The translations under genes and the position numbers were made by a program. This document shows, one piece after another, positions 1 to 10,553 of a stretch of 64,000 nt of DNA; within the stretch, counting starts at the first letter, position 1, and every line of letters begins with the position of its first letter. This stretch comes from Bdellovibrionota bacterium (GTDB lineage Bacteria; Bdellovibrionota_G; JALEGL01; DATDPG01), in NCBI GenBank assembly GCA_963668355.1, contig OY764265.1, forward strand, positions 1,216,001 through 1,280,000. Direction: 5' to 3'. Below the pieces are notes generated by a model. The model did not search any database and had not been told where the DNA came from. It saw nothing but the letters and a program-made list of their open reading frames with translations.

Positions 1-8
1 TTCATCGT

Positions 9-1664
9 GTGGATGTTGTCACAAAGGATGAAACGGTGGTTTTGCTTCGGCGTGAGAAAAAGGATGACACCTTTTTGGATCGGTGGGCCCCTCTGTCGGA
101 AGAGTTTTTGAACGTTTCAAACTGGTGGATCAAATCGCCCAAAGAGGCTTTGGCGGACCGAACCGGAATTGAAACACTGCTTTCACATCTGGATCACTTA
201 GAAAGCAAGAAGGTGATTGATGAGAAGGGGGAGCGTTTAAAGGAATACGACCTGGACCAGCCCCCGGTGATTCTCCGTTTGTATACGCAGACGAAAGGGA
301 AACCAGATGAGACTCTCCTCGTTGGAGCGAAGAACGCCTCGGGGACAGGGCTTTATCTGAAAACAAGCACCTCCCCTCGAATTGTTTTGGCAGGGATGGA
401 ACTCAATTATCTCAAAGAGCGGACGCTCTATGATTGGCGCATGAAGGAAATTTTCGGCTTTAAGAATAAGTACGATGTTCAGTCTCTGAAATTAACGACA
501 GGACCTCGGGTGGCGGGGGCATCTTTCTTTGCGACCCAAAAAGACCGGCACTGGTTTTTGGAAAAGCCGAAAAGACTTCCGGGGGATGATGCCGTGTTGG
601 ATCAATTGGTGGCGGTTGTCAAAGATCTGCGTGTGAAGGAGTTTGTCAGCGAGAACGCCAAGGCCGATTTAAAAAAGTATGGATTTGATCATCCCATGAT
701 TCAAATGGACATCGATCTTAAACGAGATCAAGAAGCCGCCGTTCGCACGTTCCTGTTTACCGAATCCAAGAATCACCCGGATTTATTGGTGCAGCGTGTG
801 GGTTTTCCTCAAATTTACGCCATTGAAAAAAGCGAAAAAGATAAGTTGTTGAAGGTTTTTTCAGATTTGGTGAGTAAACGACCGTATAAAATTTCGGCCT
901 CTGACGTCACGAAAATTTCGGTGACCACCGCCCAGGAGAATATGGAATTTGAGAAAGAAGAGGGTGTTTGGAAATTGGTTAAGCCGACTTTGGACTTGGC
1001 CAATAATGAGGAAGTAAAAAGGCTTCTTCAAAAAGTCGTGGCGTTCAAAGCTACGGCGTATGAACCGAAAGCGCCCCCAAAGAGTAAAAAACTCTATTTG
1101 GATGTTCTCCTGACAACGGACAAGGAAACTCATCGGGCCGTCTTTACAGAGTCTGCCAAAAAGACCGATTTATGGCTCTACGCTGAAAATCCCCAGAGAG
1201 CCTATCGCATTGCCAAGAGTGCTGTGGCGTCGGTTTCCTCCATACTCAAGGCTGCCAGGGAACATCGAATGGTTCCGATGGATCTGGAACATATTTCTTC
1301 CTTTCAAATGAAAGATGGAGATGTGGAACTTTCCCTGATGCCCACTCCGGAAGACGAATGGCGTATCGGAAAAGTGGAACAGGTAAAAGCAGAACAGAAA
1401 AAGAAGCTCTCAGACTCAAAAGAAGTCGAAGCCTTGGTTAACGCCCTACTTGAGCTCAAAATGAACTCCTTTGCTTCTTATTCCGAACTGGAAAAACGAA
1501 AGATCATTTGGACCTTGGAAGTTCGTTCCAAAAAAGGAGAGGCGGTTGATTGGAAGATTGGGGAAAAGAGTGGCGGAGCTTACCCGGTGTGGTCCCCAAC
1601 ACGTAAAGCGGCCGGGTGGGTGCCTTCGAATATGATAGAGAACGTTCAAAAATATTGGCGTTGA
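9..1664 (+). CDS. DUF4340-domain protein (repeated domains), probably 5'-truncated by the window edge
   Basis: Repeated 'W..L.KP....D...L..L......V.EFV....L..YG.D.P' units typical of DUF4340; frame is open to the window start. Confidence 0.7.
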   Translation: MDVVTKDETVVLLRREKKDDTFLDRWAPLSEEFLNVSNWWIKSPKEALADRTGIETLLSHLDHLESKKVIDEKGERLKEYDLDQPPVILRLYTQTKGKPDETLLVGAKNASGTGLYLKTSTSPRIVLAGMELNYLKERTLYDWRMKEIFGFKNKYDVQSLKLTTGPRVAGASFFATQKDRHWFLEKPKRLPGDDAVLDQLVAVVKDLRVKEFVSENAKADLKKYGFDHPMIQMDIDLKRDQEAAVRTFLFTESKNHPDLLVQRVGFPQIYAIEKSEKDKLLKVFSDLVSKRPYKISASDVTKISVTTAQENMEFEKEEGVWKLVKPTLDLANNEEVKRLLQKVVAFKATAYEPKAPPKSKKLYLDVLLTTDKETHRAVFTESAKKTDLWLYAENPQRAYRIAKSAVASVSSILKAAREHRMVPMDLEHISSFQMKDGDVELSLMPTPEDEWRIGKVEQVKAEQKKKLSDSKEVEALVNALLELKMNSFASYSELEKRKIIWTLEVRSKKGEAVDWKIGEKSGGAYPVWSPTRKAAGWVPSNMIENVQKYWR

Positions 1665-1675
1665 AGGGAGAGTTT

Positions 1676-2062
1676 ATGAGTGATGAAAAAACAGATACGA
1701 GCAACTTTCGTGTAACGGATCGCCGTGGTGAGGCGGATCAGAAGATTGAAAAAGACGAGCCGCCAAAAGAATCCTCCTCCACGGATGCTTCTGAGAAGAT
1801 GCACAACCAAAGCATGCCGAAGATTGATTTTGCTACCTTTGTGCTCTCCTTGAGTACCTCGGCCTTGGTTCACTTGGGGCTCATTGAAGATCCACAGACG
1901 AAACAGAAAACCAAAAATATTGAAGTGGCACGCCAAGAAATCGACCTGATTGAGATGCTCAAAGAGAAAACGCAAGGCAACTTAAACTCCACAGAAGAAA
2001 AAATTTTGGAAGATGCTCTCTATCAGCTTCGACTTAGTTTTGTGGAGCAATCCCGTTCGTGA
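1676..2062 (+). CDS. DUF1844 domain-containing protein
   Basis: IDFATFVLSLSTSALVHLG...ARQEIDLIEMLKEKTQGNL...LRLSFV signature; ATG at 1676 after GGGAG. Confidence 0.8.
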   Translation: MSDEKTDTSNFRVTDRRGEADQKIEKDEPPKESSSTDASEKMHNQSMPKIDFATFVLSLSTSALVHLGLIEDPQTKQKTKNIEVARQEIDLIEMLKEKTQGNLNSTEEKILEDALYQLRLSFVEQSRS

Positions 2063-3318
2063 ATAAAGAAGGATCGGGAAGACCCGATGTCCTCAATATA
2101 ATCTGGCTTTCTTTTTTCCTGGTTTCTGCGGTTTTTGCACTGGTTCGAGCGCTCACTGGCGAAACGACGATTTTCAGCGAAATCATGCAGGCCACCTTCT
2201 CTATGGCCAAGGTGGGTTTTGAAATTGCACTTTTTTTGACGGGGGTGTTGGCCCTTTGGTTGGGAATCATGCGTGTGGGTGAAAAAGGGGGGGCCGTAGA
2301 CTTCTTGACCCGTTTTCTACGTCCCTTGTTTCGCAAACTTATGCCCGAAGTGCCGAGTCAACACCCCGCCTTGGGCAGCATCGTCATGAATATGGCTGCC
2401 AATATGATGGGACTGGATAATGCGGCCACGCCCATCGGATTGAAAGCCATGGAAGAGTTACAAGAGTTGAATCCCGAAAAAGACCGCGCCACGAACGCGC
2501 AGATTCTTTTTTTGGTTATCAATACCTCCTCTGTAACGCTTTTACCCATCACCATTTTTGCCTATCGAGCCCAGCAAGGGGCCGCACAACCCACAGATGT
2601 TTTCATTCCGATTTTATTGGCCACCTACGTTTCCACCTTGACCGGTCTTCTGGCCGTGTCGGTGATGCAAAAGATCAACCTCTTTAATAAAGTGGTGATG
2701 GCCTATTTGTTAACGTTCACGGCGGTTGTCATCGGAATCCTGGGATATTTCTCTTCGATTTCCCAAGCGGAAATGGAACGTCAGTCCGCGTTCTTGAGCA
2801 ATTTCATTTTATTTGGCTTGGTCATTTCTTTCTTGGTCGCCGCCACTTTCAAACGCGTCAATGTGTACGAAGCCTTCATTGAAGGGGCCAAAGAAGGGTT
2901 TTCGATTGCCATTCGCATTGTTCCCTATTTGGTCGCGATGCTGGTGGCCATTGGCGTGTTTAGAGCTTCGGGGGCCATGGGAGCGTTTGTGGACGCCGTC
3001 GGAAGCTTTGTGGCCTGGGTTGGGGGAGATACCTCGTTTGTGGAGGCTTTGCCCACAGCATTCATGAAGCCGCTGTCGGGCAGTGGCGCCCGTGCGATGA
3101 TGGTGGAAGCCATGCAAACTCATGGCGCGGATTCGTTTGTGGGCCGACTGGCTTCGGTTATTCAGGGAAGCACCGAAACCACGTTCTATGTGTTGGCAGT
3201 GTATTTTGGGTCGGTGGGCATTCGCCGCACACGCCATGCCGTGACCTGCGGATTATTGGCTGACTTGGGTGGCGTGGTGGCCGCCATAGGCTTGGCCTAC
3301 TTCTTTTTCGGTTCGTAA
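2059..3318 (+). CDS. Fused SpmA/SpmB (nucleoside recognition Gate domain) membrane protein
   Basis: NMAANMMGLDNAATPIGLKAM and KPLSGSGAR...GSTETTFYVLAVYFG motifs; many TM segments. Confidence 0.85.
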   Translation: MNKEGSGRPDVLNIIWLSFFLVSAVFALVRALTGETTIFSEIMQATFSMAKVGFEIALFLTGVLALWLGIMRVGEKGGAVDFLTRFLRPLFRKLMPEVPSQHPALGSIVMNMAANMMGLDNAATPIGLKAMEELQELNPEKDRATNAQILFLVINTSSVTLLPITIFAYRAQQGAAQPTDVFIPILLATYVSTLTGLLAVSVMQKINLFNKVVMAYLLTFTAVVIGILGYFSSISQAEMERQSAFLSNFILFGLVISFLVAATFKRVNVYEAFIEGAKEGFSIAIRIVPYLVAMLVAIGVFRASGAMGAFVDAVGSFVAWVGGDTSFVEALPTAFMKPLSGSGARAMMVEAMQTHGADSFVGRLASVIQGSTETTFYVLAVYFGSVGIRRTRHAVTCGLLADLGGVVAAIGLAYFFFGS

Positions 3319-3395
3319 AATCGGACTTTAAACCCGGCTTGACACGACGCACCGCACCATTTATAACCTCGCCAGGCTATTTTGGGAGAAGATGA

Positions 3396-3923
3396 ATGAA
3401 CAACACCAGAAAACTTTTTAACCCCCTGTTTTTATTTGGGATTCTTTTTGTTTTTCCAGCCCAGTCCTTTGCGAAGGATGTAGGCGTTTTGGTGTTCGAC
3501 ACGCCTTCCCGGGGTGGCGAGCAGATTTCATCGTGTTTTCTCAGAGTGAATCCGGATCAGACGGTGGTGGCCATTCTCCATACGAGATATTCCGGAAACC
3601 AGGCGTTTTTGGATTTTGAAGAAAACCAAGAATACCCGTTTTCTGAGCCTCTTCGTGTGTTGGAATCCGAGGTCATTGACGAATTGACCACGCTCCATTC
3701 ATTTGCAGACATTGTCGGTGGCCAAAACGAAATTTATTTTAATTGTCCGACGGGAAAAAGCTTCTTATGCGCGAGGGTACGTGAAAGCGGTCGGATTGAA
3801 ATGGCTTCGCATGCATATGGAACATGCAAACTCTTCGGTCATCAGAAAGCGGGGGAAGATCTGCAAATTTCTTTGTGGATTCATGACCCTCATAACGTCT
3901 GCTTTCTGGCGGACGACGAGTAG
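3396..3923 (+). CDS. Hypothetical exported protein
   Basis: 175 aa ORF, signal peptide ending AQSFA, GGGAGA upstream, several Cys. Confidence 0.6.
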   Translation: MNNTRKLFNPLFLFGILFVFPAQSFAKDVGVLVFDTPSRGGEQISSCFLRVNPDQTVVAILHTRYSGNQAFLDFEENQEYPFSEPLRVLESEVIDELTTLHSFADIVGGQNEIYFNCPTGKSFLCARVRESGRIEMASHAYGTCKLFGHQKAGEDLQISLWIHDPHNVCFLADDE

Positions 3924-3953
3924 GAAATTCGACCAAAAAAGGTCTCTCCATGG

Positions 3954-3981
3954 TTGACAGAGGGTCTTGCTGACCCTTTAT
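3954..3981 (+). promoter_or_regulatory. Candidate clpB promoter, heat-shock sigma-like (TTGACA-N14-CCCTTTAT), with internal inverted repeat AGGGTC-N5-GACCCT
   Basis: Motif seen directly upstream of the clpB ATG (3989); loosely resembles the RpoH consensus. Confidence 0.35.
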
Positions 3982-3988
3982 TCAATAC

Positions 3989-6568
3989 ATGCGCTTAGAC
4001 AAACTCACACTCAAAAGCCAAGAAGCCTTGGAGCAAGCGGGACGTCTGGCCGAAACAAGCCAACATCCCGAAATTAAACCGGAACATCTTCTTTCCACCT
4101 TGCTCATGCAAACCGAGGGCGTGGTGCCGCCATTGCTCAACAAATTGGGTGTTTCGTTATCCAATATCCAAAGTGCTTGCGAGCAAGCGCTGAAGCAACT
4201 TCCAAATGTTTCCGGAGCCACGGCTGCGCAAGGGTTAAGTCCTGCTTTGCGAAAGGTTCTTGAGACCGCTTTTGATGAAGCCGGGAAGCTGAAAGATGAA
4301 TTCATTTCTACCGAACATCTCCTCATGGGACTGGTGAGTGAATCCGGGGATCGTGCGAAAGAAATTCTAAGGGGGGAAGGTGTCACGAAAGATCAAATCT
4401 TAAAAGCCTTGCAGGATCTTCGTGGAAGCCAGAAAGTGACGGATCAAAACCCCGAAGGCAAATATCAGGCCCTTCAAAAATATGCTCGAGATCTAACCGA
4501 GGTCGCACGCCAGAAGAAACTCGATCCCGTCATCGGCCGAGACGCAGAAATTCGACGAGTGGTTCAAGTCCTTTCGCGACGAACCAAAAACAATCCCGTC
4601 TTGATTGGAGAACCCGGAGTTGGAAAAACCGCCATTGTGGAGGGACTCGCGCAACGAATTGTTTCTGGAGATATTCCCGAAACGCTGCGGGGAAAACGAG
4701 TGGTTTCTCTCGACTTGGGTGCCCTCATCGCCGGAACGAAATATCGCGGAGAATTTGAAGATCGTTTAAAGGCAGTTCTAAAAGAAATTCAACGAGCCGA
4801 AGGAGAGATTGTTCTGTTCATTGACGAACTTCACACCTTGGTGGGGGCGGGTGGAGCGGAAGGTGCCGTCGATGCATCCAATTTATTGAAACCCGCTTTG
4901 GCGCGTGGAGAATTAAGATGCGTCGGAGCGACTACGCTCAAAGAATATAAAAAATACATTGAAAAAGACGCGGCCTTGGAGCGTCGATTCCAACCCGTGT
5001 ATACCGGAGAGCCCTCCCCCGAAGACACCATCGCCATTTTACGAGGCTTGAAAGAACGGTACGAAGTTCATCATGGCGTTCGAATTCAAGATAGTGCCAT
5101 TGTTGCTGCGGCGGTTTTATCAAATCGCTACATTACGGATCGATTTCTTCCCGACAAAGCCATTGACTTGATTGACGAAGCCGCAAGTCGACTTCGGATT
5201 GAAATTGATTCAGTCCCTCAAGAAATCGATGAGTTGCAACGAAAAATGGTTCAACTTGAAATTGAGCAAACCGCCCTAAAGAAAGAAAAAGATAAAACGT
5301 CCAAGGAGCGCTTAAAGTCCATTGAAGGAGAAATCTCGAATTTGAGAGAACAAGTAACTCACCTTCGGGCTCAGTGGCAGAGTGAAAAAGACGCCATCGT
5401 TAACAATCAAAAGTTAAAAGAAGAAATTGAACGAACGCATAACGAAATCGAAATCACAGAACGAGATGGCAATTTAGATCGAGCGGCTGAATTAAAGTTC
5501 GGAACCTTACCGAGATTGCGAAAAGAATTGGAAGAGGGTGATGCGCGGGTAGCAGAGATTCAGAAAAATTCGCGCATGCTTAAAGAAGAAGTGGAGGAAG
5601 AAGACATTGCTTTCGTGGTTTCCTCGTGGACAGGAATTCCCGTTTCACGAATGTTGGAAAGCGAAAAAGAAAAGCTTCGATTCATGGAAGATCGTTTACG
5701 AGATCGTGTAATCGGACAAGATGAAGCTCTTAAAACCGTTTCCAATGCGGTTCGAAGATCCCGCGCGGGCCTCAGTGATCCGACGCGTCCCATCGGCTCC
5801 TTCATTTTTTTGGGTCCGACAGGTGTTGGGAAAACCGAAACGGCAAGGGCTTTGGCTCAGTTCTTGTTCAATGATGAGTCCGCTATGGTTCGCTTGGATA
5901 TGTCTGAATTCATGGAAAAACACTCCGTGGCGCGCCTGATTGGTGCCCCTCCGGGATATGTGGGCTATGAAGAGGGTGGCTATTTGACGGAAGCTATTCG
6001 ACGAAGGCCGTATGCGGTCATTCTTTTTGATGAAATCGAAAAAGCTCACCCCGATGTATTCAATGTCCTTTTGCAGGTGTTGGATGATGGTCGATTGACC
6101 GATGGTCAGGGAAGAACGGTCGATTTCCGAAATACGGTCCTGATCATGACATCCAATCTGGGAAGCCAGATGATTTTGGAAAGCGATACTCGAAATCGAA
6201 AGGAGCTTCAAAGCAATATCGACCAGCTCCTGCACCAAGCCTTCAAACCTGAATTTCTGAACCGCGTGGACGACATCGTAATCTTCAACAATTTAGGCAA
6301 AGAACAAATTCGCAATATTGTCGAGATTCAATTGAACCAACTTACGACACGATTGCTCGAAAACGGCCTGCACGTGGAATTTACCGAGGCCGCCAAACAA
6401 AAATTGGCGGATCTTGGATATGACCCCCTGTATGGCGCACGCCCTCTCAAGCGAGCCATTCAAAAACATTTGGAGAACCCTCTGGCTGAGAAAATTCTCG
6501 ATGGCGAAGTCGATCAAACCAAACCGATTGTCATTGAGGGGTCTGATTCGGGCGTTACATTTAAATGA
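3989..6568 (+). CDS. clpB: ATP-dependent chaperone ClpB
   Basis: Clp N domain, two AAA+ modules ([16 protein letters not shown]), coiled-coil middle domain, 859 aa. Confidence 0.97.
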   Translation: MRLDKLTLKSQEALEQAGRLAETSQHPEIKPEHLLSTLLMQTEGVVPPLLNKLGVSLSNIQSACEQALKQLPNVSGATAAQGLSPALRKVLETAFDEAGKLKDEFISTEHLLMGLVSESGDRAKEILRGEGVTKDQILKALQDLRGSQKVTDQNPEGKYQALQKYARDLTEVARQKKLDPVIGRDAEIRRVVQVLSRRTKNNPVLIGEPGVGKTAIVEGLAQRIVSGDIPETLRGKRVVSLDLGALIAGTKYRGEFEDRLKAVLKEIQRAEGEIVLFIDELHTLVGAGGAEGAVDASNLLKPALARGELRCVGATTLKEYKKYIEKDAALERRFQPVYTGEPSPEDTIAILRGLKERYEVHHGVRIQDSAIVAAAVLSNRYITDRFLPDKAIDLIDEAASRLRIEIDSVPQEIDELQRKMVQLEIEQTALKKEKDKTSKERLKSIEGEISNLREQVTHLRAQWQSEKDAIVNNQKLKEEIERTHNEIEITERDGNLDRAAELKFGTLPRLRKELEEGDARVAEIQKNSRMLKEEVEEEDIAFVVSSWTGIPVSRMLESEKEKLRFMEDRLRDRVIGQDEALKTVSNAVRRSRAGLSDPTRPIGSFIFLGPTGVGKTETARALAQFLFNDESAMVRLDMSEFMEKHSVARLIGAPPGYVGYEEGGYLTEAIRRRPYAVILFDEIEKAHPDVFNVLLQVLDDGRLTDGQGRTVDFRNTVLIMTSNLGSQMILESDTRNRKELQSNIDQLLHQAFKPEFLNRVDDIVIFNNLGKEQIRNIVEIQLNQLTTRLLENGLHVEFTEAAKQKLADLGYDPLYGARPLKRAIQKHLENPLAEKILDGEVDQTKPIVIEGSDSGVTFK

Positions 6569-6712
6569 TGTTTAACAGGGCCTGGAGCATATTCGAGATT
6601 CGAACGTAGACCGAAAATCGTACCCGCTCGAAAACGCTAACGAGCGAAAATTAAATGAAATTCTTTTGGCATGGTTTGTGGTTAGGATCAGGCCGTATTA
6701 GTATTTCGAACA

Positions 6713-8266
6713 ATGGAGTTTTCAACCATGGACATCGAGAAGGTTCTCCGGGATTCCTTTGGGTTGCGGAAGTTCCGACGTGGGCAGTTGGAGATTATTT
6801 CGTCGATCTTGGCCGGACAAGACACGTTGGCGGTCATGCCCACGGGTGGAGGAAAATCGTTGACCTACCAACTTCCCTCGATTCATTTGAAGGGGATTAC
6901 GGTGGTCGTGACACCTTTAATTTCACTCATGCGCGACCAAGTATCGGCGCTGGAGCAAATTGGCGTACCGGCAGGGTGCATTCACTCGGGTCAAACTTCG
7001 CGAGAAAAGAAGAACACGTTTCAAGCCATGGAAAACAGCCAGAGCTTTCTCTTATATGTTTCTCCAGAACGGGTGCAGATGGATGGCTTTCGTTCATGGG
7101 TTGAAGAGGCGCCCATTTCTCTTTTTGCGGTTGATGAGGCCCATTGTGTCTCTCAATGGGGACACGATTTTCGTCCGGAATACAGCCAATTGAATTTACT
7201 TCGAAAACTAAGACCTGAAATTCCTGTTTTGGCTCTCACGGCCACTGCCACGCCAGAAGTTCTGAAAGATATAGAAACGCAATTGGCGCTCAAGGATCCA
7301 AAGCGTCATGTGTACGGCTTTTATCGTCCCAATTTATTTTATCAGGTTGAGTTTTGTCAGGCGGAAGAAGAAAAGCTTGGCTACATCCTTCAGGCAATTG
7401 AGAGCAATCCTTCGGGGCGAATCATCATTTATGCGGGAACACGAAAAAAATGTGAAGAGCTGGGTCAAATTCTGGGGGCAAAAGACCCCTCGGTTCGTTT
7501 TTATCACGCCGGCTTATCCAACGAAGACCGTGAGCATATTCAAGACCAATATGAAAAAGGGGGCATTCGCACGCTGATTGCGACAAATGCATTTGGAATG
7601 GGTGTGGACCATCCGGATGTTCGTCTCGTCGTGCACTATCAAATTCCGGCCAATATCGAATCGTTTTATCAAGAAGCGGGTCGGGCGGGCCGAGATGGAA
7701 AACACTCAACGTGTTTATTGCTCTATTCCAAGAAAGATAAGGGACTACAGTCTTTTTTTATTCGAGAAAGCAAAGCGCCACCTTGGATCAAGCGGAACAA
7801 GTGGAACACGCTAGACGCCCTAATTCACTTTGTTGAGGGTGGGGAATGTCGACACGGTGGAATTTTGACATACTTTAAAGATACAGAGCGAATCCAGCGC
7901 TGTGGGCATTGCGATGTCTGTGTTCCGGACTCTCCGCGAAAAATCTCCGCACGGGATGTGGAAACGTCTCGTTTAAAAGCGGTTCAACGACCTAAAAAGA
8001 GATCTCGAAAGAGTAAGCCCCCAAAACCGATTGTGGCTTCGGGGCCTCTTACCCTTGAAGAGAAAGAACGCATGCGGGATATTCGCATTTGGCGAAAGGC
8101 GTATGCAGACTCAAAAGATATTCCCGCTTTTTTGGTGTTTAGCAATAAGACCTTGGAAGACTTGGCACGAAAAAATCCCAGCTCACTTGAAGAATTGATC
8201 CAAGTATATGGAATGGGGCCGTACAAAGTGGAACGGTTTGGCCGCGCACTTCTCAAAGCTCTCTAG
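6713..8266 (+). CDS. recQ: RecQ family ATP-dependent DNA helicase (Zn-binding and HRDC domains)
   Basis: [45 protein letters not shown]-terminal HRDC. Confidence 0.9.
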   Translation: MEFSTMDIEKVLRDSFGLRKFRRGQLEIISSILAGQDTLAVMPTGGGKSLTYQLPSIHLKGITVVVTPLISLMRDQVSALEQIGVPAGCIHSGQTSREKKNTFQAMENSQSFLLYVSPERVQMDGFRSWVEEAPISLFAVDEAHCVSQWGHDFRPEYSQLNLLRKLRPEIPVLALTATATPEVLKDIETQLALKDPKRHVYGFYRPNLFYQVEFCQAEEEKLGYILQAIESNPSGRIIIYAGTRKKCEELGQILGAKDPSVRFYHAGLSNEDREHIQDQYEKGGIRTLIATNAFGMGVDHPDVRLVVHYQIPANIESFYQEAGRAGRDGKHSTCLLLYSKKDKGLQSFFIRESKAPPWIKRNKWNTLDALIHFVEGGECRHGGILTYFKDTERIQRCGHCDVCVPDSPRKISARDVETSRLKAVQRPKKRSRKSKPPKPIVASGPLTLEEKERMRDIRIWRKAYADSKDIPAFLVFSNKTLEDLARKNPSSLEELIQVYGMGPYKVERFGRALLKAL

Positions 8267-8301
8267 CCCGATTGCTTCAGGAGCAAAGGGTCGCATTCGG
8301 C

Positions 8302-10035
8302 CTAGTCTTTGATGTCTCCTAGGGCCAAACCTTCTCCCCGTGGATCTGAAACTCCGTGCAAGATTTGTTGTTCTTTGGCGACGGCTTGAACCCTACAGCC
8401 ATAGTCTTTTTTGTGAATTTTATATCCCATTTGTTTCAGACGTTGACGTACTTCTGGCGTAAACGAAGGGGATTCCACACGAATCTCGTCGGGATACCAT
8501 TGATGGTGGTATCGCATGGCACTGATGGCTTGAAATAAAGGCATTTCATATTCAACGTAGTTTAGAAAAGAATGAACCACGCAGGTGATGATTCGAGGTC
8601 CGGAAGGAGAGCCCAAAGCCAGAATGGGAGTGCTGTTTTGAAATACAAGAGTGGGGGACATGCTGCTTAAAGGCCTTTTCTTTGGAGAGATCGAATTTGC
8701 AGATCCTCCCAACACACCAAACATATTCGGAGCTCCGGGCTTGGCCGAAAAGTCATCCATCTCATTGTTTAAGAAAAATCCCGCTTTCGAAACGAGAACG
8801 CCGGACCCAAACCAACCATTGATGGTTTGCGTGGTGGAGATGGCATTTCCCTGACCATCCATGAGACTCAAATGGGAGGTTTCGGTGGACTCGGGGAAGA
8901 GAAGCTTTCCGGCTCGAACTTCAGCAGAAGGGTGGGCCGTGTTTTCGAAGATTCTCTGGCTTATGGATCTTGCGTAACGTTTCGAGATCAGTTTTTGGGT
9001 GGGAACATCGACAAAATCTGGATCTCCCAGGTATTTGGCTCGGTCAGCGAAGGCCTGTTGCATGGCTGCAGCCGTGAAATGAATGGCTTGGGGAGAGGCT
9101 GAACCCAGGAAGCGGAGATTTTTGTCTTCAAGAATATTGAGGATTTCCAGGACATGAATGCCCCCCGAACTTGGGGGAGGCATCGAAGCCACTTCATATC
9201 CATGATAGCGCCCCATGACCGGTTCGCGCCATTTGACCTTATAGTTTTGCAGATCTTGGAGCGTTAAGAGTCCACCCAATTTCTTTTGTTCATCGACCAA
9301 GGCTTTGGCCACCCAACCCTCGTAAAAGCCTCGCGCACCCTTTTTCGCGATTTCCCCCAAGGTTTTGGCCAAGGCTGGTTGTCTTAAAAGTTCACCGGTT
9401 TTTCGAGGCGTACCATCCTGATGAAGAAGCAATTTTTGTGTGGCCGAAAAATTTTTGAAATCTTTCTGAGTTTCGAGAATGGCTTGGCTCAAATGAGGAT
9501 AAATGGTGAAGCCCTTTTGCGCGACTTCAATGGCTGGCTGCATAATTTTCGAAAGAGGTAGTTTCCCAAAACGTTGATGAATCTCCAACAAACCAGCGAC
9601 CAAGCCAGGGACAGCTACTGCATAGGGTCCAATTTGAGACTTCTTGGAAAGAACCTTTCCCTCGGGAGATTGAAACATGGTTTGGGTAGCTGCGGCGGGC
9701 GCCATTTCCCGGAAATCCAGGGCGTATGTTTTCTTCGATTCGGCATTGTGGAAAAGCATGAAGCCTCCTCCGCCGAGGCCCGTGGATTGCGGCCTCTCCA
9801 CAGAGAGAACAAACGAAGCTGCGACCGCGGCATCCACTAGGTTTCCACCTTGTTCAAAAATTTTTCGGGCCGTTTGGGATGTGAGCTTTCCTTGAGAGGC
9901 CACCATGAAATGACGACCATAGGCTTCATGACGAGTAACGTCCTCTCGGGCAGGAACGTGAGCTTTGGTGAGTGTGTGGGGAGCGCACCCGACAATCAGG
10001 CCCAAAAAAACGACACACAAAAAAAGTCTTTTCAT
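8302..10035 (-). CDS. ggt: Gamma-glutamyltransferase, predicted lipoprotein
   Basis: GLGGGGF, DFREMAP, ETSHLS nucleophile region, LNNEMDDFS, RPLSSMSP; start at 10035 (MKRLF..LIVGC) overlaps the upstream stop. Confidence 0.93.
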   Translation of the reverse strand: MKRLFLCVVFLGLIVGCAPHTLTKAHVPAREDVTRHEAYGRHFMVASQGKLTSQTARKIFEQGGNLVDAAVAASFVLSVERPQSTGLGGGGFMLFHNAESKKTYALDFREMAPAAATQTMFQSPEGKVLSKKSQIGPYAVAVPGLVAGLLEIHQRFGKLPLSKIMQPAIEVAQKGFTIYPHLSQAILETQKDFKNFSATQKLLLHQDGTPRKTGELLRQPALAKTLGEIAKKGARGFYEGWVAKALVDEQKKLGGLLTLQDLQNYKVKWREPVMGRYHGYEVASMPPPSSGGIHVLEILNILEDKNLRFLGSASPQAIHFTAAAMQQAFADRAKYLGDPDFVDVPTQKLISKRYARSISQRIFENTAHPSAEVRAGKLLFPESTETSHLSLMDGQGNAISTTQTINGWFGSGVLVSKAGFFLNNEMDDFSAKPGAPNMFGVLGGSANSISPKKRPLSSMSPTLVFQNSTPILALGSPSGPRIITCVVHSFLNYVEYEMPLFQAISAMRYHHQWYPDEIRVESPSFTPEVRQRLKQMGYKIHKKDYGCRVQAVAKEQQILHGVSDPRGEGLALGDIKD

Positions 10036-10538
10036 AGTTTCTTCATCCTCTCCCGTCTTCGACGTTCGGTCTTGCTCAATTTTTTCCCTTTTCGAGGTTG
10101 GGACTTTTGGGTACCGAAAAACTCCTCTTCTCTTCCTTCCATCCAAGGTTCTTTTTCCTCGACCGATGGTTGGGCGCTTGGCTTTTGAAGGCGCTGCAAG
10201 AACTCCTGGACTTCCATAAAGGTTGCGTGCGCGCGGGTGGCTGCTTTTTGTACGCGACGGTCACTGGAAACGACAATCCAACTTCCAGCGTCGGGCTTTT
10301 CCAACACGTCCTCAATCTCCTCATCAGCAGTGATGGTAAGTGGCGTAAACCAAACATTCACGCCCCCTGTTCGCGAGCGCTCCCCCCAATAGGTCCCATC
10401 GTGTGTCCCATCAAACACGATCGTAATGTCTAGGTTCTTTGCTTTTCGATACTTGGACAACGCGAGAAGCAGGGCATCTCGGTCGGCATAGTCAGAGGCG
10501 GTGAGAAGATTGTAGCCATCTATGAGAACCTTAGTCAT
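10032..10538 (-). CDS. NYN-domain (YacP/Rae1-like PIN) ribonuclease
   Basis: LIDGYNL, IVFDG, TADEEI, VVSSDRRVQ acidic motifs. Confidence 0.8.
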   Translation of the reverse strand: MTKVLIDGYNLLTASDYADRDALLLALSKYRKAKNLDITIVFDGTHDGTYWGERSRTGGVNVWFTPLTITADEEIEDVLEKPDAGSWIVVSSDRRVQKAATRAHATFMEVQEFLQRLQKPSAQPSVEEKEPWMEGREEEFFGTQKSQPRKGKKLSKTERRRRERMKKL

Positions 10539-10553
10539 TCATGAAAAAAGGGT

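Noticed and set aside
6633..6654. Hairpin after clpB as an intrinsic terminator
   Set aside because: Short stem with a 10-nt loop and no U-tract on the + strand; not well supported
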